A stretch of DNA of 64,000 nucleotides from an uncultured Acidobacteriota bacterium (GCA_964561785.1 CAZLRF010000014.1:25816-89815); one strand, 5' to 3'; shown: positions 1-10,186, counted from the stretch's first letter. Program-made: numbers and translations. The notes: a model not told the origin generated them from the letters alone.

Positions 1-1711
1 CGTACTGCCACTTCGTGGCGAAGAGGATCGGGTCGAACCCGCCGGGGTTGAAGTAGATCGGCCCGTTGTCGCCCCAGCCGCCCGCGTCGACCGAGGGGAT
101 CTGGTCGTTGCTCTGGCCGAAGACGCCCTGGTAGGGGTAGCCGAGGGCCTGGCGGGACACCTTGCTCCGGTCGTCGATCTGGTTGGGGAAGTCGATGTAG
201 GTGACGGCGAGGATGGTCTCGGACGTGAGCGTCGGGTCGAACACGTGGGTGAGCGACGCGGTGACCGAGTCGGACTGGTTCGGCGCGCTGAGCGTGCTCG
301 GGTAGGGCACCTGGCGCTGGCCGTTCCTCCACCACAGGCCGATCGCCCACGGCTGCGTCTCGCGCTGCAGGTTGTAGCGGACGAACATCTTGGTGTTGTC
401 GCTCAGGTTGAAGTCGAGCCGCGCGAGGAACTGGTGGTTGGGCTGGTCGACGAGCAGGTTGTCGGCGTAGTTGTAGCCGCCCGTCACCGCGGGATCGGCG
501 TTCGGCCGCGGGAACTGCGCGAGCAGCGCCTGGCCGCCGGGGTCGATCAGGTTGCCGGGGACGATGCCGCCCGGGAAGTTCGGGACGGTGTTCACGAACC
601 CGCCCGAGCCGACCGACGCCGCATTGCGGAAGTCACCGTTGAGCATCTCCGGGGTGGGCACCCAGGACTTGATGAACCCGGTGTCGAGCCGCTGCTCGTA
701 GTACTCGTAGCCGACGAAGAAGAACACCTTGTCCCGGTTCTTGTTGAAGCCGCCGATCGCGAGCGGCCCGCTCAGCGTGAAGCCGGGGTAGACGAACTTG
801 TTCTTCACGCGCTCGGAGCCGATCTTGTTGCCGAACCACTCGTTCGAGTTCAGGTGGTAGTCGCGGAAGTACAGGAAGGCCGACCCGTGGAAGTCGCGCC
901 CGCCCGACTTCGAGACGACCGTCATGGCGTTCGGGCCCTTCGAGTACTCGGCCGAGAAGGACGAGGAGAGGACCTTGAACTCCTGGATCATCTCGGTGTT
1001 CGGGTTGACCGAGGTCGCGCAGTTGCAGCCGGGGTCGGCGCCGGGGGCGCCGTCGATCGTGATGTCGAGGGCCTGGGTGCGGCCGCCGTTGGCCGAGAAG
1101 TTCCCGATGGCGGACTGGTTGTTGTTGCCGCCGCCCTGGTACTCGCCGTTCCCGTTGATCCCGATGACCTCGCCGGTGAAGTTGGGCCGGTTCGACACGC
1201 CGCGGGTGGTGGGCGTCATGCCGGGCAGGATGCGCAGCAGCTCGGCCGCGCTCGAGGAGACGATCGGGATGTTCTCGATGACGTCGGAGGTGAGGGTCGT
1301 GCTCTTCTCGCCGCTGTTGAGCGGGGTGAGCTGGACCTCGGCCGTGACCGACACGGTCTCGGCCATCGTCGCGACCTTGAGGCGGATCTCGCGCAGGGAG
1401 CGCGAGTCTCCGGCCCGGATCTGGACGCCGGTGACCTCGAAGCTGCTGAAGCCCTGGATGGAGACCAGGACCTTGTAGCTGCCGGCGGGCACCGCGGCGA
1501 AGGCGAAGAAGCCGTCCGCGTTGGTGACCGAGCGGCGCACCGCGCCCGAGGCCTCGTTCGTCAGCGTCACGTCCGCGCCGGGGACGACGCCCCCCGACTC
1601 GTCGGTGACGATGCCGCTCAGCTCGCCCGTGACGCGCTGTGCGTACGACACGCCCGGCAGCGCCAGCAGCACCGCCAGGACGGGGACGACGAGGATCGCG
1701 AGCCTCGTCAT
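1..1711 (-). CDS. TonB-dependent receptor-like outer membrane protein with N-terminal carboxypeptidase-regulatory-like domain (partial; C-terminus lies beyond the window start)
   Basis: Not in the ORF table because it runs off the window edge. Reverse-strand translation from the ATG at 1711 gives MTRLAILVVPVLAVLLALPGVSYAQRVTGELSGIVTDESGGVVPGADVTLTNEASGAVRRSVTNADGFFAFAAVPAGSYKVLVSIQGFSSFEVTG... (signal peptide, CarboxypepD_reg-like beta-sandwich, then plug-like region). The + strand ORFs 245..1981, 924..1478 and 1521..1760 are its alternate-frame shadows. Confidence 0.7.
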   Translation of the reverse strand, partial: MTRLAILVVPVLAVLLALPGVSYAQRVTGELSGIVTDESGGVVPGADVTLTNEASGAVRRSVTNADGFFAFAAVPAGSYKVLVSIQGFSSFEVTGVQIRAGDSRSLREIRLKVATMAETVSVTAEVQLTPLNSGEKSTTLTSDVIENIPIVSSSAAELLRILPGMTPTTRGVSNRPNFTGEVIGINGNGEYQGGGNNNQSAIGNFSANGGRTQALDITIDGAPGADPGCNCATSVNPNTEMIQEFKVLSSSFSAEYSKGPNAMTVVSKSGGRDFHGSAFLYFRDYHLNSNEWFGNKIGSERVKNKFVYPGFTLSGPLAIGGFNKNRDKVFFFVGYEYYEQRLDTGFIKSWVPTPEMLNGDFRNAASVGSGGFVNTVPNFPGGIVPGNLIDPGGQALLAQFPRPNADPAVTGGYNYADNLLVDQPNHQFLARLDFNLSDNTKMFVRYNLQRETQPWAIGLWWRNGQRQVPYPSTLSAPNQSDSVTASLTHVFDPTLTSETILAVTYIDFPNQIDDRSKVSRQALGYPYQGVFGQSNDQIPSVDAGGWGDNGPIYFNPGGFDPILFATKWQY

Positions 1712-2142
1712 CCTCGTAAGTGGGTTACCCGTCATTGGATCTCCTTGCCTCACTGGATAGGGAAGCTGTCTGGATGCGTGCGGAAACGCCGGCCGGCAGG
1801 TTGGACGGTGGGCAACCCTTCACGCTCGGCATCTCCATCTCTCGGGGCGATCGCTTGCAAGTTCGCCTGGCGGAGATACGCCAGACTCAAGCGGAGGTTA
1901 GAAAGTCCTTGGAGAAAGGTCAAGAAAAATCAAGGCCCGGCCCATAGGATCCATGCAGCCCTAAACGGTGCACTTCGTTGAACTTACATCCAGAGAGCCG
2001 GATCGGTTAAGAGCTTGCTGTGCAGCAACAATGAGGCAGGCCGGGGGGCTCGCTCCAATGCGCTGGAGCGGGTCTGCGGGCACGGCGACCGGACCGGAGC
2101 AGCCGAACACCTCATGGGACCGATCGATTTTACACATGGCCC

Positions 2143-3651
2143 TCAGCGGGCGGAGGCGAGCACCGCGGCGATGGCGTCGATCGCAGCCACGGCCTGCCGG
2201 CCCTTTCCGGCGTGGTTGTTCACCACGATCGCGAAGGCGAGCCGTTCCCCGCGCCCGGCCGTCGCGTACCCGGCGAGGGCGTTGGTCATGCTGAGGGTCC
2301 CCGTCTTGGCGAGGACGCGCCCCTCGGCGGCCGTGCCCTTCATGCGCTTCTCGAGCGTGCCGTCCCGCCCGGCCACCGGCAGCGAGTCGCGGAACGCCGC
2401 GGCGTGGGGGTGGCGGTCCATGGCGACGAGGAGGCTCACGAGGCCCCGCGGGGTGAGGACGTTCGTCCGCGCGAGGCCGGAGCCGTCGACGCGGGAGAAG
2501 CCCGCGTCCTCGACCCCGAGCCGACGAAGGACCTCCGCGACCGCCTCGCTTCCCTTCTTCGCCGTGCCCTCGCCCTTCGCCTTCGCCCCCAGGAGGCGCA
2601 GCAGCATCTCGGCGTGGAGGTTCTGGCTCACCTTGTTCACCACGCGGACCATCTCGGCGAGGGGGAGGCTCTCGTGCGAGGCGAGGACCCGGGCCCCCGC
2701 GGGCAGGGGCGCGCTCGACGTCGCGAGGCCGCGCGAGACGCGGATGCCCCTCGCCGCGAGCACGTCGCGGAACACCTGTGCGGCGCAGCGGGCCGGGTCG
2801 AGCACGGCGAGGCCCGCCTCCCACGTGTCGCCGAGGGCGACCCGCCCGACGAGGCGCACGTCGTTCGACCCCGGCAAACGGAAGAGCGAGACGTCCTCGC
2901 CGTCGTCCGCCCCTTCCGGCGCGCCCTCCCGTCGCCTCTCGGCCGTCACGACCTCGGACGACACGGCGAGGCAGCCCGCGTCCGGCTTCACCTCGAGGAC
3001 CGCGGGGTCGCCGACGCGCTCCCCGGGTGCGAGCGACACCTCCGCCCGGTTGTCCGCGAACGAGAGAGCGGAGACCTCGGTGCCGTAGCCCCAGTCGAGG
3101 TCCTCCCAGCTCCAGCCGCTGCCGCGGCGGTCCCCCGTGAACGCGCCCTCGTGCCCGACGAGCCGCCCCTCGATCCGGCGGACCCCGGCGGCGACGAGGG
3201 CGTCCGCCATCGCCTCGAAGGCCGCGGCGGGCCGGCCCTCCGAGAAGCGGGCGGAGAGGTTCGGGTCGCCGCGGCCGACGAGGTAGACGTCGCCGAGCAC
3301 GCGCCCCAGCGCGTCGAGGCGGCCCGCCGTCTCCACGGTGGTCGCGACCCGGGCGTCGGGCCCGAGGACGTCGAGGGCCGCCGCGGTGGTGACGAGCTTC
3401 ATGCTCGAGGCGGGACGGAAGGCCTTCCCCCCGTCGAGCGAGTACAGGGTGCGCCCCGTCTCGAGGCTGCGGACCTCGATCCCCCACCAGGCGGCGGCGA
3501 AGTCGGGGCGCGCGACGATCGCATCGATCGCGCGGCGCAGCCGCCGAGGCGAGGGGTCGGCGCCCGCCGGCGCCCCCGCCAGGAACGCAACCGCGAGGCA
3601 CGCCGTCGCGGCCAGCCTCCCCCTGCCCAAGGCGCCGATCGGCTCACCCAT
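2143..3651 (-). CDS. dacB: D-alanyl-D-alanine carboxypeptidase/endopeptidase, PBP4 family (peptidase S13)
   Basis: 502-aa ORF with signal peptide and typical PBP4 motifs (SSMKLVTTAAAL, ...VNKVSQNLHAEMLL..., C-terminal KTGTL). Normal amino-acid composition, unlike the overlapping Arg-rich ORFs 1961..3601 and 2212..3795. Confidence 0.88.
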   Translation of the reverse strand: MGEPIGALGRGRLAATACLAVAFLAGAPAGADPSPRRLRRAIDAIVARPDFAAAWWGIEVRSLETGRTLYSLDGGKAFRPASSMKLVTTAAALDVLGPDARVATTVETAGRLDALGRVLGDVYLVGRGDPNLSARFSEGRPAAAFEAMADALVAAGVRRIEGRLVGHEGAFTGDRRGSGWSWEDLDWGYGTEVSALSFADNRAEVSLAPGERVGDPAVLEVKPDAGCLAVSSEVVTAERRREGAPEGADDGEDVSLFRLPGSNDVRLVGRVALGDTWEAGLAVLDPARCAAQVFRDVLAARGIRVSRGLATSSAPLPAGARVLASHESLPLAEMVRVVNKVSQNLHAEMLLRLLGAKAKGEGTAKKGSEAVAEVLRRLGVEDAGFSRVDGSGLARTNVLTPRGLVSLLVAMDRHPHAAAFRDSLPVAGRDGTLEKRMKGTAAEGRVLAKTGTLSMTNALAGYATAGRGERLAFAIVVNNHAGKGRQAVAAIDAIAAVLASAR

Positions 3652-4372
3652 GCTCTTCCCCCCGAAGGCGGCAGCCCTCCGCGACGATGCGCCGTACTTC
3701 CTCGGCGAGCGCCTCGGCCTCCTCCGCCCGCCGGAGCGCCGCCGGGACCGGCGGGTGGAGGACGACCTCGACGGTGCCCGGCTGCACGCGGGTGAGCCCG
3801 TGCGGCACCACCCGCTTGACGCCTACGAGCGACACCGGGACGACCGGAACGGCGGCCTCGATCGCCAGGGCGAAGCTCCCCCTCTTGAAGCGGCGCACTT
3901 TGCCTTCGGGGCTGCGGGTCCCCTCGGGAAAGACGACGACGCTCGTGCCCGCCCGGATGCGCCGGGCCGCTTCGTCGAGGCTCCTGCGGGCGCGGAAGGG
4001 GTGGCTGCGGTCGATCGGGACGTGGCCGCCGAGAAGGATGGCCCACCCCACGAGCGGGATCCAGGACAACGACTTCTTGTACACGATGCGAAAGTCGACC
4101 GGCAGGTGGCCGAACAGCACGAAGATGTCGAGCGTGCTCGCGTGGTTCGCCGCGTACACCGCGGGGCCGTCGACGGCGTTCTCGAGGCCGCGCGCGGCGA
4201 CCCGCACCCGCAGGAGCCGCAGGAGCGCGCGGCTCCACGCCCCGCCGATCGCGCGGGTCGTCCTCCCGCTGCGGTCGGCGAGCGCGGCGAGGCAGGCGAG
4301 CGAGGCGTAGCCGAGGGTCAGCAGGAGCGCGACCGGCGCCTGGACGAGGAGGAAGGCCGCCCGGCGCGCCAC
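3644..4372 (-). CDS. plsC: 1-acyl-sn-glycerol-3-phosphate acyltransferase
   Basis: 242 aa; N-terminal TM helix, acyltransferase HX4D-like motif (AANHASTLD) and the FPEGTRS motif; 8-nt overlap with the dacB start. Confidence 0.85.
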   Translation of the reverse strand: MARRAAFLLVQAPVALLLTLGYASLACLAALADRSGRTTRAIGGAWSRALLRLLRVRVAARGLENAVDGPAVYAANHASTLDIFVLFGHLPVDFRIVYKKSLSWIPLVGWAILLGGHVPIDRSHPFRARRSLDEAARRIRAGTSVVVFPEGTRSPEGKVRRFKRGSFALAIEAAVPVVPVSLVGVKRVVPHGLTRVQPGTVEVVLHPPVPAALRRAEEAEALAEEVRRIVAEGCRLRGEEHG

Positions 4373-4382
4373 CGGTCCCGGC

Positions 4383-5564
4383 CTACTCCCTCGGCCCGCC
4401 CGCCACCGGCCCGTCGCCCGCGGGGGCCGGGTCCGGGGCCTCGGAGCGCCCGGCCTCCTGGCCCGCCGGCCCCTCGCGGCGGTCGGCCTCGCGCCGGTGC
4501 TCGCCCCGGGAGTCGCGGCCGTTCCTGGGCTCGCGACGCTCGCGCCCGTCGCGGCCCTCCCGTCGCTCGGGCTCCGCCGGGAAGGAGGCGGCCTCCGGCC
4601 AGCGGCAGAAGATCATCTTGCCCGCCGTCGTCTGGAGGACGCTCGTCACCGTCACCTCGATCGTGCGGCCGATCGCCTTCTTGCCCTGGTCCACGACGAC
4701 CATCGTCCCGTCGTCGAGGTAGGCGACGCCCTGCCCGGGCTCCTTGCCCTCCTTCAGCACGAACACCCGCAGGACCTCGCCCGGCAGCACCACGGGCTTG
4801 AGCGCGTTGGCGAGCTCGTTGATGTTGAGCACCGCCACCCCGCGCAGCTGGGCGACCTTGTTGAGGTTGAAGTCGTTGGTGACGATCTTGCCCGACAGGC
4901 GCTTGGCGAGCTCGATGAGCTTGAGGTCGACCTCCTTCACCTCCGGGAAGTCGGTCTCCACGATCTGCACCTGCACGTTCGTCATCTTCTGCACGCGCTG
5001 GAGCACGTCGAGGCCGCGCCGGCCGCGGTTCCTCTTCATCGAGTCCGAGCTGTCGGCCACCTGCTGCAGCTCGCGCAGCACGAACTGCGGGACGACCAGC
5101 GTCCCGTCGAGGAAGCCCGTCTCGCAGATGTCCGCGATGCGCCCGTCGATGATCACGGACGTGTCCAGGACCTTGTACTGGTGGAGCCGGGAGGCGTCCT
5201 TGAACGCGGCGATGATCCGCGCCGGCTCGAACCACTCCCCGCGCCTCGTCCCGATGACGATGCCCATGTAGATCAGGAAGACGATGAGCACCGAGTGGAC
5301 GAAGTCCTCGGCGACGAGATCGAGGCCGGCGATGGCTCCCCACACGAGGTGCGCCCCGAGCAGGCCGGTCACTCCCCCGACGAGCGCCCCCACCATGTTG
5401 TGGGCGGGGACCCGGTGGAGGCGCAGCTCGAGGAAGATGATCAGGAGCGCGCAGGCGACGCCGAGGGCGGCGCCGAGCGCCGGCCGGCCCGGGAGCGGGG
5501 CGTAGTGCCAGCCGGCCCACGCGAGCGAGGCGACGACCAGGGAGCGGAACAGGACGAGCCACAT
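4383..5564 (-). CDS. PIN/TRAM-domain membrane protein (YacL-like) with Arg/Glu-rich C-terminal tail
   Basis: Real start is the internal M ([19 protein letters not shown]...) at 5564 of the 892-aa ORF 4383..7061; the upstream part of that ORF is an Arg-rich shadow overlapping radA. Three N-terminal TM helices, a PIN-like core ([37 protein letters not shown]), then a TRAM-like segment ([23 protein letters not shown]). Lies downstream of radA as in Bacillus radA-disA-yacL. Confidence 0.75.
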   Translation of the reverse strand: MWLVLFRSLVVASLAWAGWHYAPLPGRPALGAALGVACALLIIFLELRLHRVPAHNMVGALVGGVTGLLGAHLVWGAIAGLDLVAEDFVHSVLIVFLIYMGIVIGTRRGEWFEPARIIAAFKDASRLHQYKVLDTSVIIDGRIADICETGFLDGTLVVPQFVLRELQQVADSSDSMKRNRGRRGLDVLQRVQKMTNVQVQIVETDFPEVKEVDLKLIELAKRLSGKIVTNDFNLNKVAQLRGVAVLNINELANALKPVVLPGEVLRVFVLKEGKEPGQGVAYLDDGTMVVVDQGKKAIGRTIEVTVTSVLQTTAGKMIFCRWPEAASFPAEPERREGRDGRERREPRNGRDSRGEHRREADRREGPAGQEAGRSEAPDPAPAGDGPVAGGPRE

Positions 5565-5713
5565 GAGGAGGCCTTTCGGGGCCGGCGTGCCGGGCCCGGG
5601 ATGACGAGCGGCGATGAGGCGGAGGGCTTCACGTTCCTCGACGGCTTCTGAGCCGCCCGAATCATACCGCCGCGCCCGGGCGGGGCAACAGGGCCGTTCC
5701 CCGCGAGGGGTCT

Positions 5714-7096
5714 CTAGTCCTCGTCGGCGAGGCGGTCGAGGGCCTCCTCGAGGGAGCTCACCCCGACGAGGCGGATCCCGGGGACGGCGTCGCCCGGCAC
5801 GTTCCGGGCGGGCAGGATGCAGCGGGTGAAGCCCATCTGCTCGGCCTCGCGCACGCGCAGGGCGGCCTGGGGGGCGCCGCGCACCTCCCCGCCGAGCCCC
5901 ACCTCGCCGAAGAGGACCGTGTGGGCCGGCAGGGGCCGGTTGCGGAAGGACGACGCCACCGCCGCCGCCACCCCGAGGTCGGCCGCCGGCTCGTCCACCT
6001 CGAGGCCGCCCGCGACGCTGACGAACACGTCGTCGCCGAGCAGCTCGAGGCCCACCCGCTTCTCGAGGACGGCCAGGAGGAGGCTCGTGCGGTTGGGGTC
6101 GATGCCGAGCGACATGCGCCGCGGGGTGCCGAACGACGTGGGCGAGACGAGCGCCTGCACCTCCACGAGCATCGGGCGCGAGCCCTCGATCGTGCACACG
6201 ACGGCCGAGCCGGGCGAGCCCGCCTGCCGCTCCGAGAGAAAGAGGGCCGAGGGGTTGGCCACCGGCTCGAGGCCCGCCCCGGTCATCTCGAACACGCCGA
6301 GCTCGGAGACCGCGCCGAACCGGTTCTTCACCGCGCGCACGATGCGGTGGTGCTGGCGCTTCTCGCCCTCGAAGTACAGCACGGTGTCGACGATGTGCTC
6401 GAGCGACTTCGGCCCCGCGATCGAGCCGTCCTTCGTGACGTGGCCGATCAGGAACGTCGTGATCCCCCGGCCCTTGGCCACGAAGAGCAGCTGCGTCGCC
6501 ACCTCGCGCACCTGGCTGATGCTCCCGGGGGCGGACGGGAAGCGCGAGGAGAAGACGGTCTGGACGGAGTCGACGACGAGCGCGGCGGGCTTGAGCGCGT
6601 CGACCTGCTCGAGGATCCGCTCGAGCGACGTCTCGGCCATCAGGAAGAGCCCGCCCCCCGCGATCCCGAGCCGCTCGCCCCGCAGCTTGACCTGCCGCTC
6701 CGACTCCTCGCCCGACACGTAGAGGACGGTGCCGTGCGTCCGGCCGAGGAGGTGCGCGACCTGGAGCAGGAGCGTGCTCTTCCCGATCCCGGGCTCCCCG
6801 CCGATCAGCACGAGCGAGCCCGGCACGATCCCGCCGCCGAGCACGCGGTCGAACTCGTCGATGCCGGAGCCGACCCGCGGCTCCTCGCCGGCGTCGACCG
6901 CGTCGAAGGGCTTGGGCGTGGAGGGGCCCGAGGGCAACGCGAGGGGATCGGGCCGGCCCTTCCCCGGCGGGGGGGCGACCTCCTGCCGCTCCTCGACGAA
7001 GCTGTTCCACTCGCCGCAGTCCGGGCAGCGCCCGAGCCACTTCGAGCTCCCGAACCCGCACGCCTGGCAGACGAAGACGGTCTTGACCTTGCTCAC
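5714..7096 (-). CDS. radA: DNA repair protein RadA/Sms
   Basis: 460 aa; N-terminal C4 zinc ribbon ([21 protein letters not shown]), Walker [15 protein letters not shown] motif and Lon-like C-terminal domain. Confidence 0.93.
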   Translation of the reverse strand: MSKVKTVFVCQACGFGSSKWLGRCPDCGEWNSFVEERQEVAPPPGKGRPDPLALPSGPSTPKPFDAVDAGEEPRVGSGIDEFDRVLGGGIVPGSLVLIGGEPGIGKSTLLLQVAHLLGRTHGTVLYVSGEESERQVKLRGERLGIAGGGLFLMAETSLERILEQVDALKPAALVVDSVQTVFSSRFPSAPGSISQVREVATQLLFVAKGRGITTFLIGHVTKDGSIAGPKSLEHIVDTVLYFEGEKRQHHRIVRAVKNRFGAVSELGVFEMTGAGLEPVANPSALFLSERQAGSPGSAVVCTIEGSRPMLVEVQALVSPTSFGTPRRMSLGIDPNRTSLLLAVLEKRVGLELLGDDVFVSVAGGLEVDEPAADLGVAAAVASSFRNRPLPAHTVLFGEVGLGGEVRGAPQAALRVREAEQMGFTRCILPARNVPGDAVPGIRLVGVSSLEEALDRLADED

Positions 7097-7100
7097 GCGA

Positions 7101-9710
7101 CTAGCTGGGGCGCCACTCGAGGTTCTCGAAGCGGGTGAATTCCTTGATGAAGGCGAGCTTGCGGCTGCCGGTGGGGCCGTTGCGCTGCTTGCCGATGATG
7201 ATCTCCGCGATGCCCCGGTTCTCGTCGGTGGGCTTGTACTCCTCCTCGCGGTAGATGAACATCACGATGTCCGCGTCCTGCTCGATCGCCCCCGAGTTGT
7301 GGCTCACGACCCCGTCGGCCAGCCACGACGAGGGCCCGGGAACGGTCAAGTCGTAGACGTCCTCCTCACCGGCCGGCTCGACCGCGACGACGCGGTCCCA
7401 GAAGAGGTCGCTCGCGGCCTGCGCCCGCAGGCCCTCGTCCTCGAGAAGCTCGGCGTAGCCGGACAACGTCTTCCGGGAAGGCGCGAAGCGGAAGTGCGCG
7501 GTCCCGCCGTACGCGGTGCCCCGCATCGCGGCCATGGCGCGCTGCGAGACGCCGCGCCGGCCCATCGCGGACTTCACGTCGGCGAAGACCTCCGCGGGCA
7601 GCGTGTCGACGTTCGGATTCGGAGTCGTCGTCGCGAGGGCCGCCTCCAGCGCCCGTGCCGGCGCCACTCGAGGCCCGAACGCACCGACCTCTCGGAGGAA
7701 GGCGCGCTGGGGCTCCGCGCCACTCACCCCGACGACGTGGCAGGGACGCGCTCCCCTCTGGTGAACCGTGTGGATCCGAGCCACGATTCCGAGGCGGAGC
7801 AGCAGGGCCGACACGTCCTCGGCGAGGCCGCGGCTGCTCGTGGAGAAGCTGACGGCGTTGCTGCCACGGCTTCCCGGGCGGCGCACGAAGATCGTGCCGT
7901 CCGTCGCCCACAGGTGCCGAAGGAGCAGGGCAACCTGACGGTTCGGCAGCGCGAACACCTCGCCGGGCAGCCGCTTCTCGTGAGAGCGCTGCCCGAAGAC
8001 GCCGAGCTCCCGCAGCCAGCGGTTGACGCCCGCGGGGTGCCATCGCTTGCCGTTTCCGCTCAGCACCAGCTGGTGCCACGCGCCCCGTCCGGCGTGCCGC
8101 CGAACCGTCGCTCCGAACTCCCGCCGGGCCGCCTCCTCGACGGCCCGACTGTTCTCCTCCGATGCCGTCGTGTACCGCAGCGGCTGGTGGACGAGATAGC
8201 TCCCGTCGCCCACGAGGTGACCCAGCAGGACGATCCGGTCCTCGGGCCAGCTCCGAGCCTCCCGCGGCTCGGGCAGGCGCCGCGCGAGGGCCAGCCGTGC
8301 GCCGCGATCGAGGTCCTCGACCCGTACCCAGCCGGACGCCCCGAGCAAGAGGTGGCGGCCCGTGGCTCGTACGCGTCGCCCGCTCGCCAGATGCACGTCG
8401 AACACCGGCCGCCGGCCCACCTTCCACACCTTGTCGCTCGAAGCCGCGACGATGCGCCGGTCGGGCGAAACGGCGAGAACCTCGGGCGTCTGTCCGACGA
8501 GAGCTCTGATGGGCGCGCGGCGCCCGTCGGCGAGGACGACCAACGTGTCGCCGGTCACGCACTCCCTGAGGTCCGACAGCTGCGGGCGCTTGTCGGTGCG
8601 GGCCTCGGGGGCGCGCGAGAGCTGGGAGAGGGCGATCACCGGGCAGGCGAGCTCCTTGGCGAGGCCCTTCATCGATCGGGAGATCGCGGAGAGCTCCTGC
8701 TGGCGGTTCTCGACGCGGCCGGCCGAGGTCACGAGCTGGAGGTAGTCGACGACGATCAGGCCGAGGCCGTGCTCGGCCTTGAGCCGCCGGCACTTCGCGC
8801 GCATCTCGAGGGGGGAGATCGTGGCGGAGTCGTCGATGAAGATGCGCGACTGCGAGAGGTCGGTGTACGCCTTGGCGAGCCGCGCCCAGTCCTTCTCGTT
8901 GAGCTTGCCCGTGCGCAGGCGGTGGGCGTCGATGCGGGCGTCGGCGCACAGCAGGCGGAGCGCGAGCTGCTCCTTCGACATCTCGAGCGAGAAGAAGCCC
9001 ACCGTCTCCCCCACCCGCAGGGCCACGTGCTGGGCGACGTTGAGGCAGAACGAGGTCTTGCCCATCGCGGGGCGGGCGGCCACGATCACGAGGTCGCCCT
9101 TCTGCAGGCCGCTCGTCATCTCGTCGATGTCGACGAAGCCGGTGGCGAGGCCGGTGACGACGTCCTTGCTCTGGGAGAGCTGGTCGATCGTGCGGAAGCT
9201 CTCCTTCACGATCTCGCGCATGCTGACGAAGCCGGCGCGGATGCGCCGCTCGGCGATGTCGAAGATCGCCTTCTCGGCCCGGTCGAGCAGACTCGCCGCG
9301 TCGTCCTCGCCCTCGTAGCAGGTCTGGACGATGCGGTTGCCGGCGTGGATCAGGTTCCGGAGGACCGCCTTCTCCTTGATGATCCGGCTCCAGTGCTCGA
9401 CGCTCGTGATCCGGGGGACGCCGTCGACGAGCCCGGCGAGGTAGGAGGCGCCGCCCACCGCCTCGAGGGCGGAGAGGCGCACGAGCTCGTCCTTGAGGGT
9501 GACGAGGTCGATCGGCTGGCTGCGCTCGGAGAGCGCGCTCATCGCCTCGAAGATGCGGCGGTGGGCCTCGCGGTAGAAGTCGTCCCGGCTGAGGATCTCG
9601 GCCGCCGAGTTGAAGGCCTGGTTGTCCACGAGGATCGCCCCGAGCACGGTCCTCTCCGCCTCGGGGTTGTGGGGAAGGGTGCGCTCCTTCGCCGGCGCCT
9701 CGGTGGACAC
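7101..9710 (-). CDS. dnaB: Replicative DNA helicase DnaB, interrupted in frame by a 422-aa intein (exteins 7101..7295 and 8562..9710)
   Basis: 869 aa. DnaB N-domain (PHNPEAERTVLGAIL), Walker A (AARPAMGKTSF), then ...RPQLSDLRE|CVTGDTLVVLADG...DGVVSHN|SGAIEQDADIVMFIYREE...; without residues 384-805 the protein is a normal ~447-aa DnaB. Confidence 0.93.
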   Translation of the reverse strand: MSTEAPAKERTLPHNPEAERTVLGAILVDNQAFNSAAEILSRDDFYREAHRRIFEAMSALSERSQPIDLVTLKDELVRLSALEAVGGASYLAGLVDGVPRITSVEHWSRIIKEKAVLRNLIHAGNRIVQTCYEGEDDAASLLDRAEKAIFDIAERRIRAGFVSMREIVKESFRTIDQLSQSKDVVTGLATGFVDIDEMTSGLQKGDLVIVAARPAMGKTSFCLNVAQHVALRVGETVGFFSLEMSKEQLALRLLCADARIDAHRLRTGKLNEKDWARLAKAYTDLSQSRIFIDDSATISPLEMRAKCRRLKAEHGLGLIVVDYLQLVTSAGRVENRQQELSAISRSMKGLAKELACPVIALSQLSRAPEARTDKRPQLSDLRECVTGDTLVVLADGRRAPIRALVGQTPEVLAVSPDRRIVAASSDKVWKVGRRPVFDVHLASGRRVRATGRHLLLGASGWVRVEDLDRGARLALARRLPEPREARSWPEDRIVLLGHLVGDGSYLVHQPLRYTTASEENSRAVEEAARREFGATVRRHAGRGAWHQLVLSGNGKRWHPAGVNRWLRELGVFGQRSHEKRLPGEVFALPNRQVALLLRHLWATDGTIFVRRPGSRGSNAVSFSTSSRGLAEDVSALLLRLGIVARIHTVHQRGARPCHVVGVSGAEPQRAFLREVGAFGPRVAPARALEAALATTTPNPNVDTLPAEVFADVKSAMGRRGVSQRAMAAMRGTAYGGTAHFRFAPSRKTLSGYAELLEDEGLRAQAASDLFWDRVVAVEPAGEEDVYDLTVPGPSSWLADGVVSHNSGAIEQDADIVMFIYREEEYKPTDENRGIAEIIIGKQRNGPTGSRKLAFIKEFTRFENLEWRPS
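7296..8561 (-). mobile_element. DnaB intein with LAGLIDADG homing-endonuclease domain (in-frame protein-splicing element)
   Basis: Begins with Cys (CVTGDTLVVLADGRRAPI, block A) and ends ...LADGVVSHN followed by Ser (block G His-Asn, +1 Ser nucleophile). Two LAGLIDADG-like motifs: LLGHLVGDGSY and LLRHLWATDGTI. Inserted in the conserved helicase motif around SGxIEQDADxV, a known DnaB intein site. Boundaries were computed by residue counting from the ORF end. Confidence 0.85.
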
Positions 9711-9720
9711 GCGGGGCCTC

Positions 9721-10167
9721 CTAGCCCTCCTTGGTGACGAGGAGCTTGACCGTGGCCAGCACCTCGGGGTGCAGCTTGACCTTCACCTCGTGCTCGCCGA
9801 GGTGCTTGATCGGCTCCTCGAGCTGGACCTTGCGCTTGTCGACCTCGATGCCCTTCGCCTTGAGGAACTCGGCGATGTCGGAGGAGGTCACCGAGCCGTA
9901 GAGCACGTCGTTCTCGCCCACCTTGCGGGGGGCGACGAAGCGCAGGGCCCCGATGCGCACCGCGAGCGACTCGAACTCGGCCTTCTCCCTGGCGAGCCGG
10001 GCCTCGTGGGCCTTCTTCTCCTTCTCGATCATCGCCTTGTTCGCGGCGGTGACCGGCATGCCGAGCCCGCGCGGCAGCAGGTAGTTGCGGGCGTAGCCGT
10101 CGGCGACCTTCACGATGTCGCCCCGGCGGCCCAGCGTCTCGACGTCGTCCCTCAGGATCAGCTCCAT
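9721..10167 (-). CDS. rplI: 50S ribosomal protein L9
   Basis: 148 aa, MELILRDDVETLGRRGDIVKVADGYARNYLLPRGLG..., canonical L9 N-terminus. Confidence 0.93.
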   Translation of the reverse strand: MELILRDDVETLGRRGDIVKVADGYARNYLLPRGLGMPVTAANKAMIEKEKKAHEARLAREKAEFESLAVRIGALRFVAPRKVGENDVLYGSVTSSDIAEFLKAKGIEVDKRKVQLEEPIKHLGEHEVKVKLHPEVLATVKLLVTKEG

Positions 10168-10186
10168 GACACTCCTCGAGATTCAA

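Noticed and set aside
245-1981. 578-aa + strand ORF (with 924..1478, 1521..1760, 1720..1947)
   Set aside because: Arg/Gly/Val/Asp-rich composition with no motifs. It is the antisense or alternate frame of the real minus-strand TonB-receptor-like gene, a typical high-GC shadow ORF.
1961-3795. ORFs 1961..3601 (-), 2212..3795 (+), 2015..3088 (+), 2778..3140 (+), 3338..4801 (+), 3399..4238 (-), 3687..4310 (+)
   Set aside because: Overlap dacB/plsC in other frames. They have extreme Arg/Pro/Gly content and no recognisable domain, whereas dacB and plsC have clear motifs.
4318-9737. Large ORFs 4318..5562 (-), 4497..5651 (+), 5921..7138 (+), 6729..9737 (+), 7366..8949 (-), 5817..6722 (+)
   Set aside because: Alternate frames of yacL, radA and dnaB-plus-intein. 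Composition is Arg/Pro-dominated. The 7366..8949 ORF lies inside the intein in a different frame and is not an independent endonuclease gene, since the LAGLIDADG motifs are in the DnaB frame.
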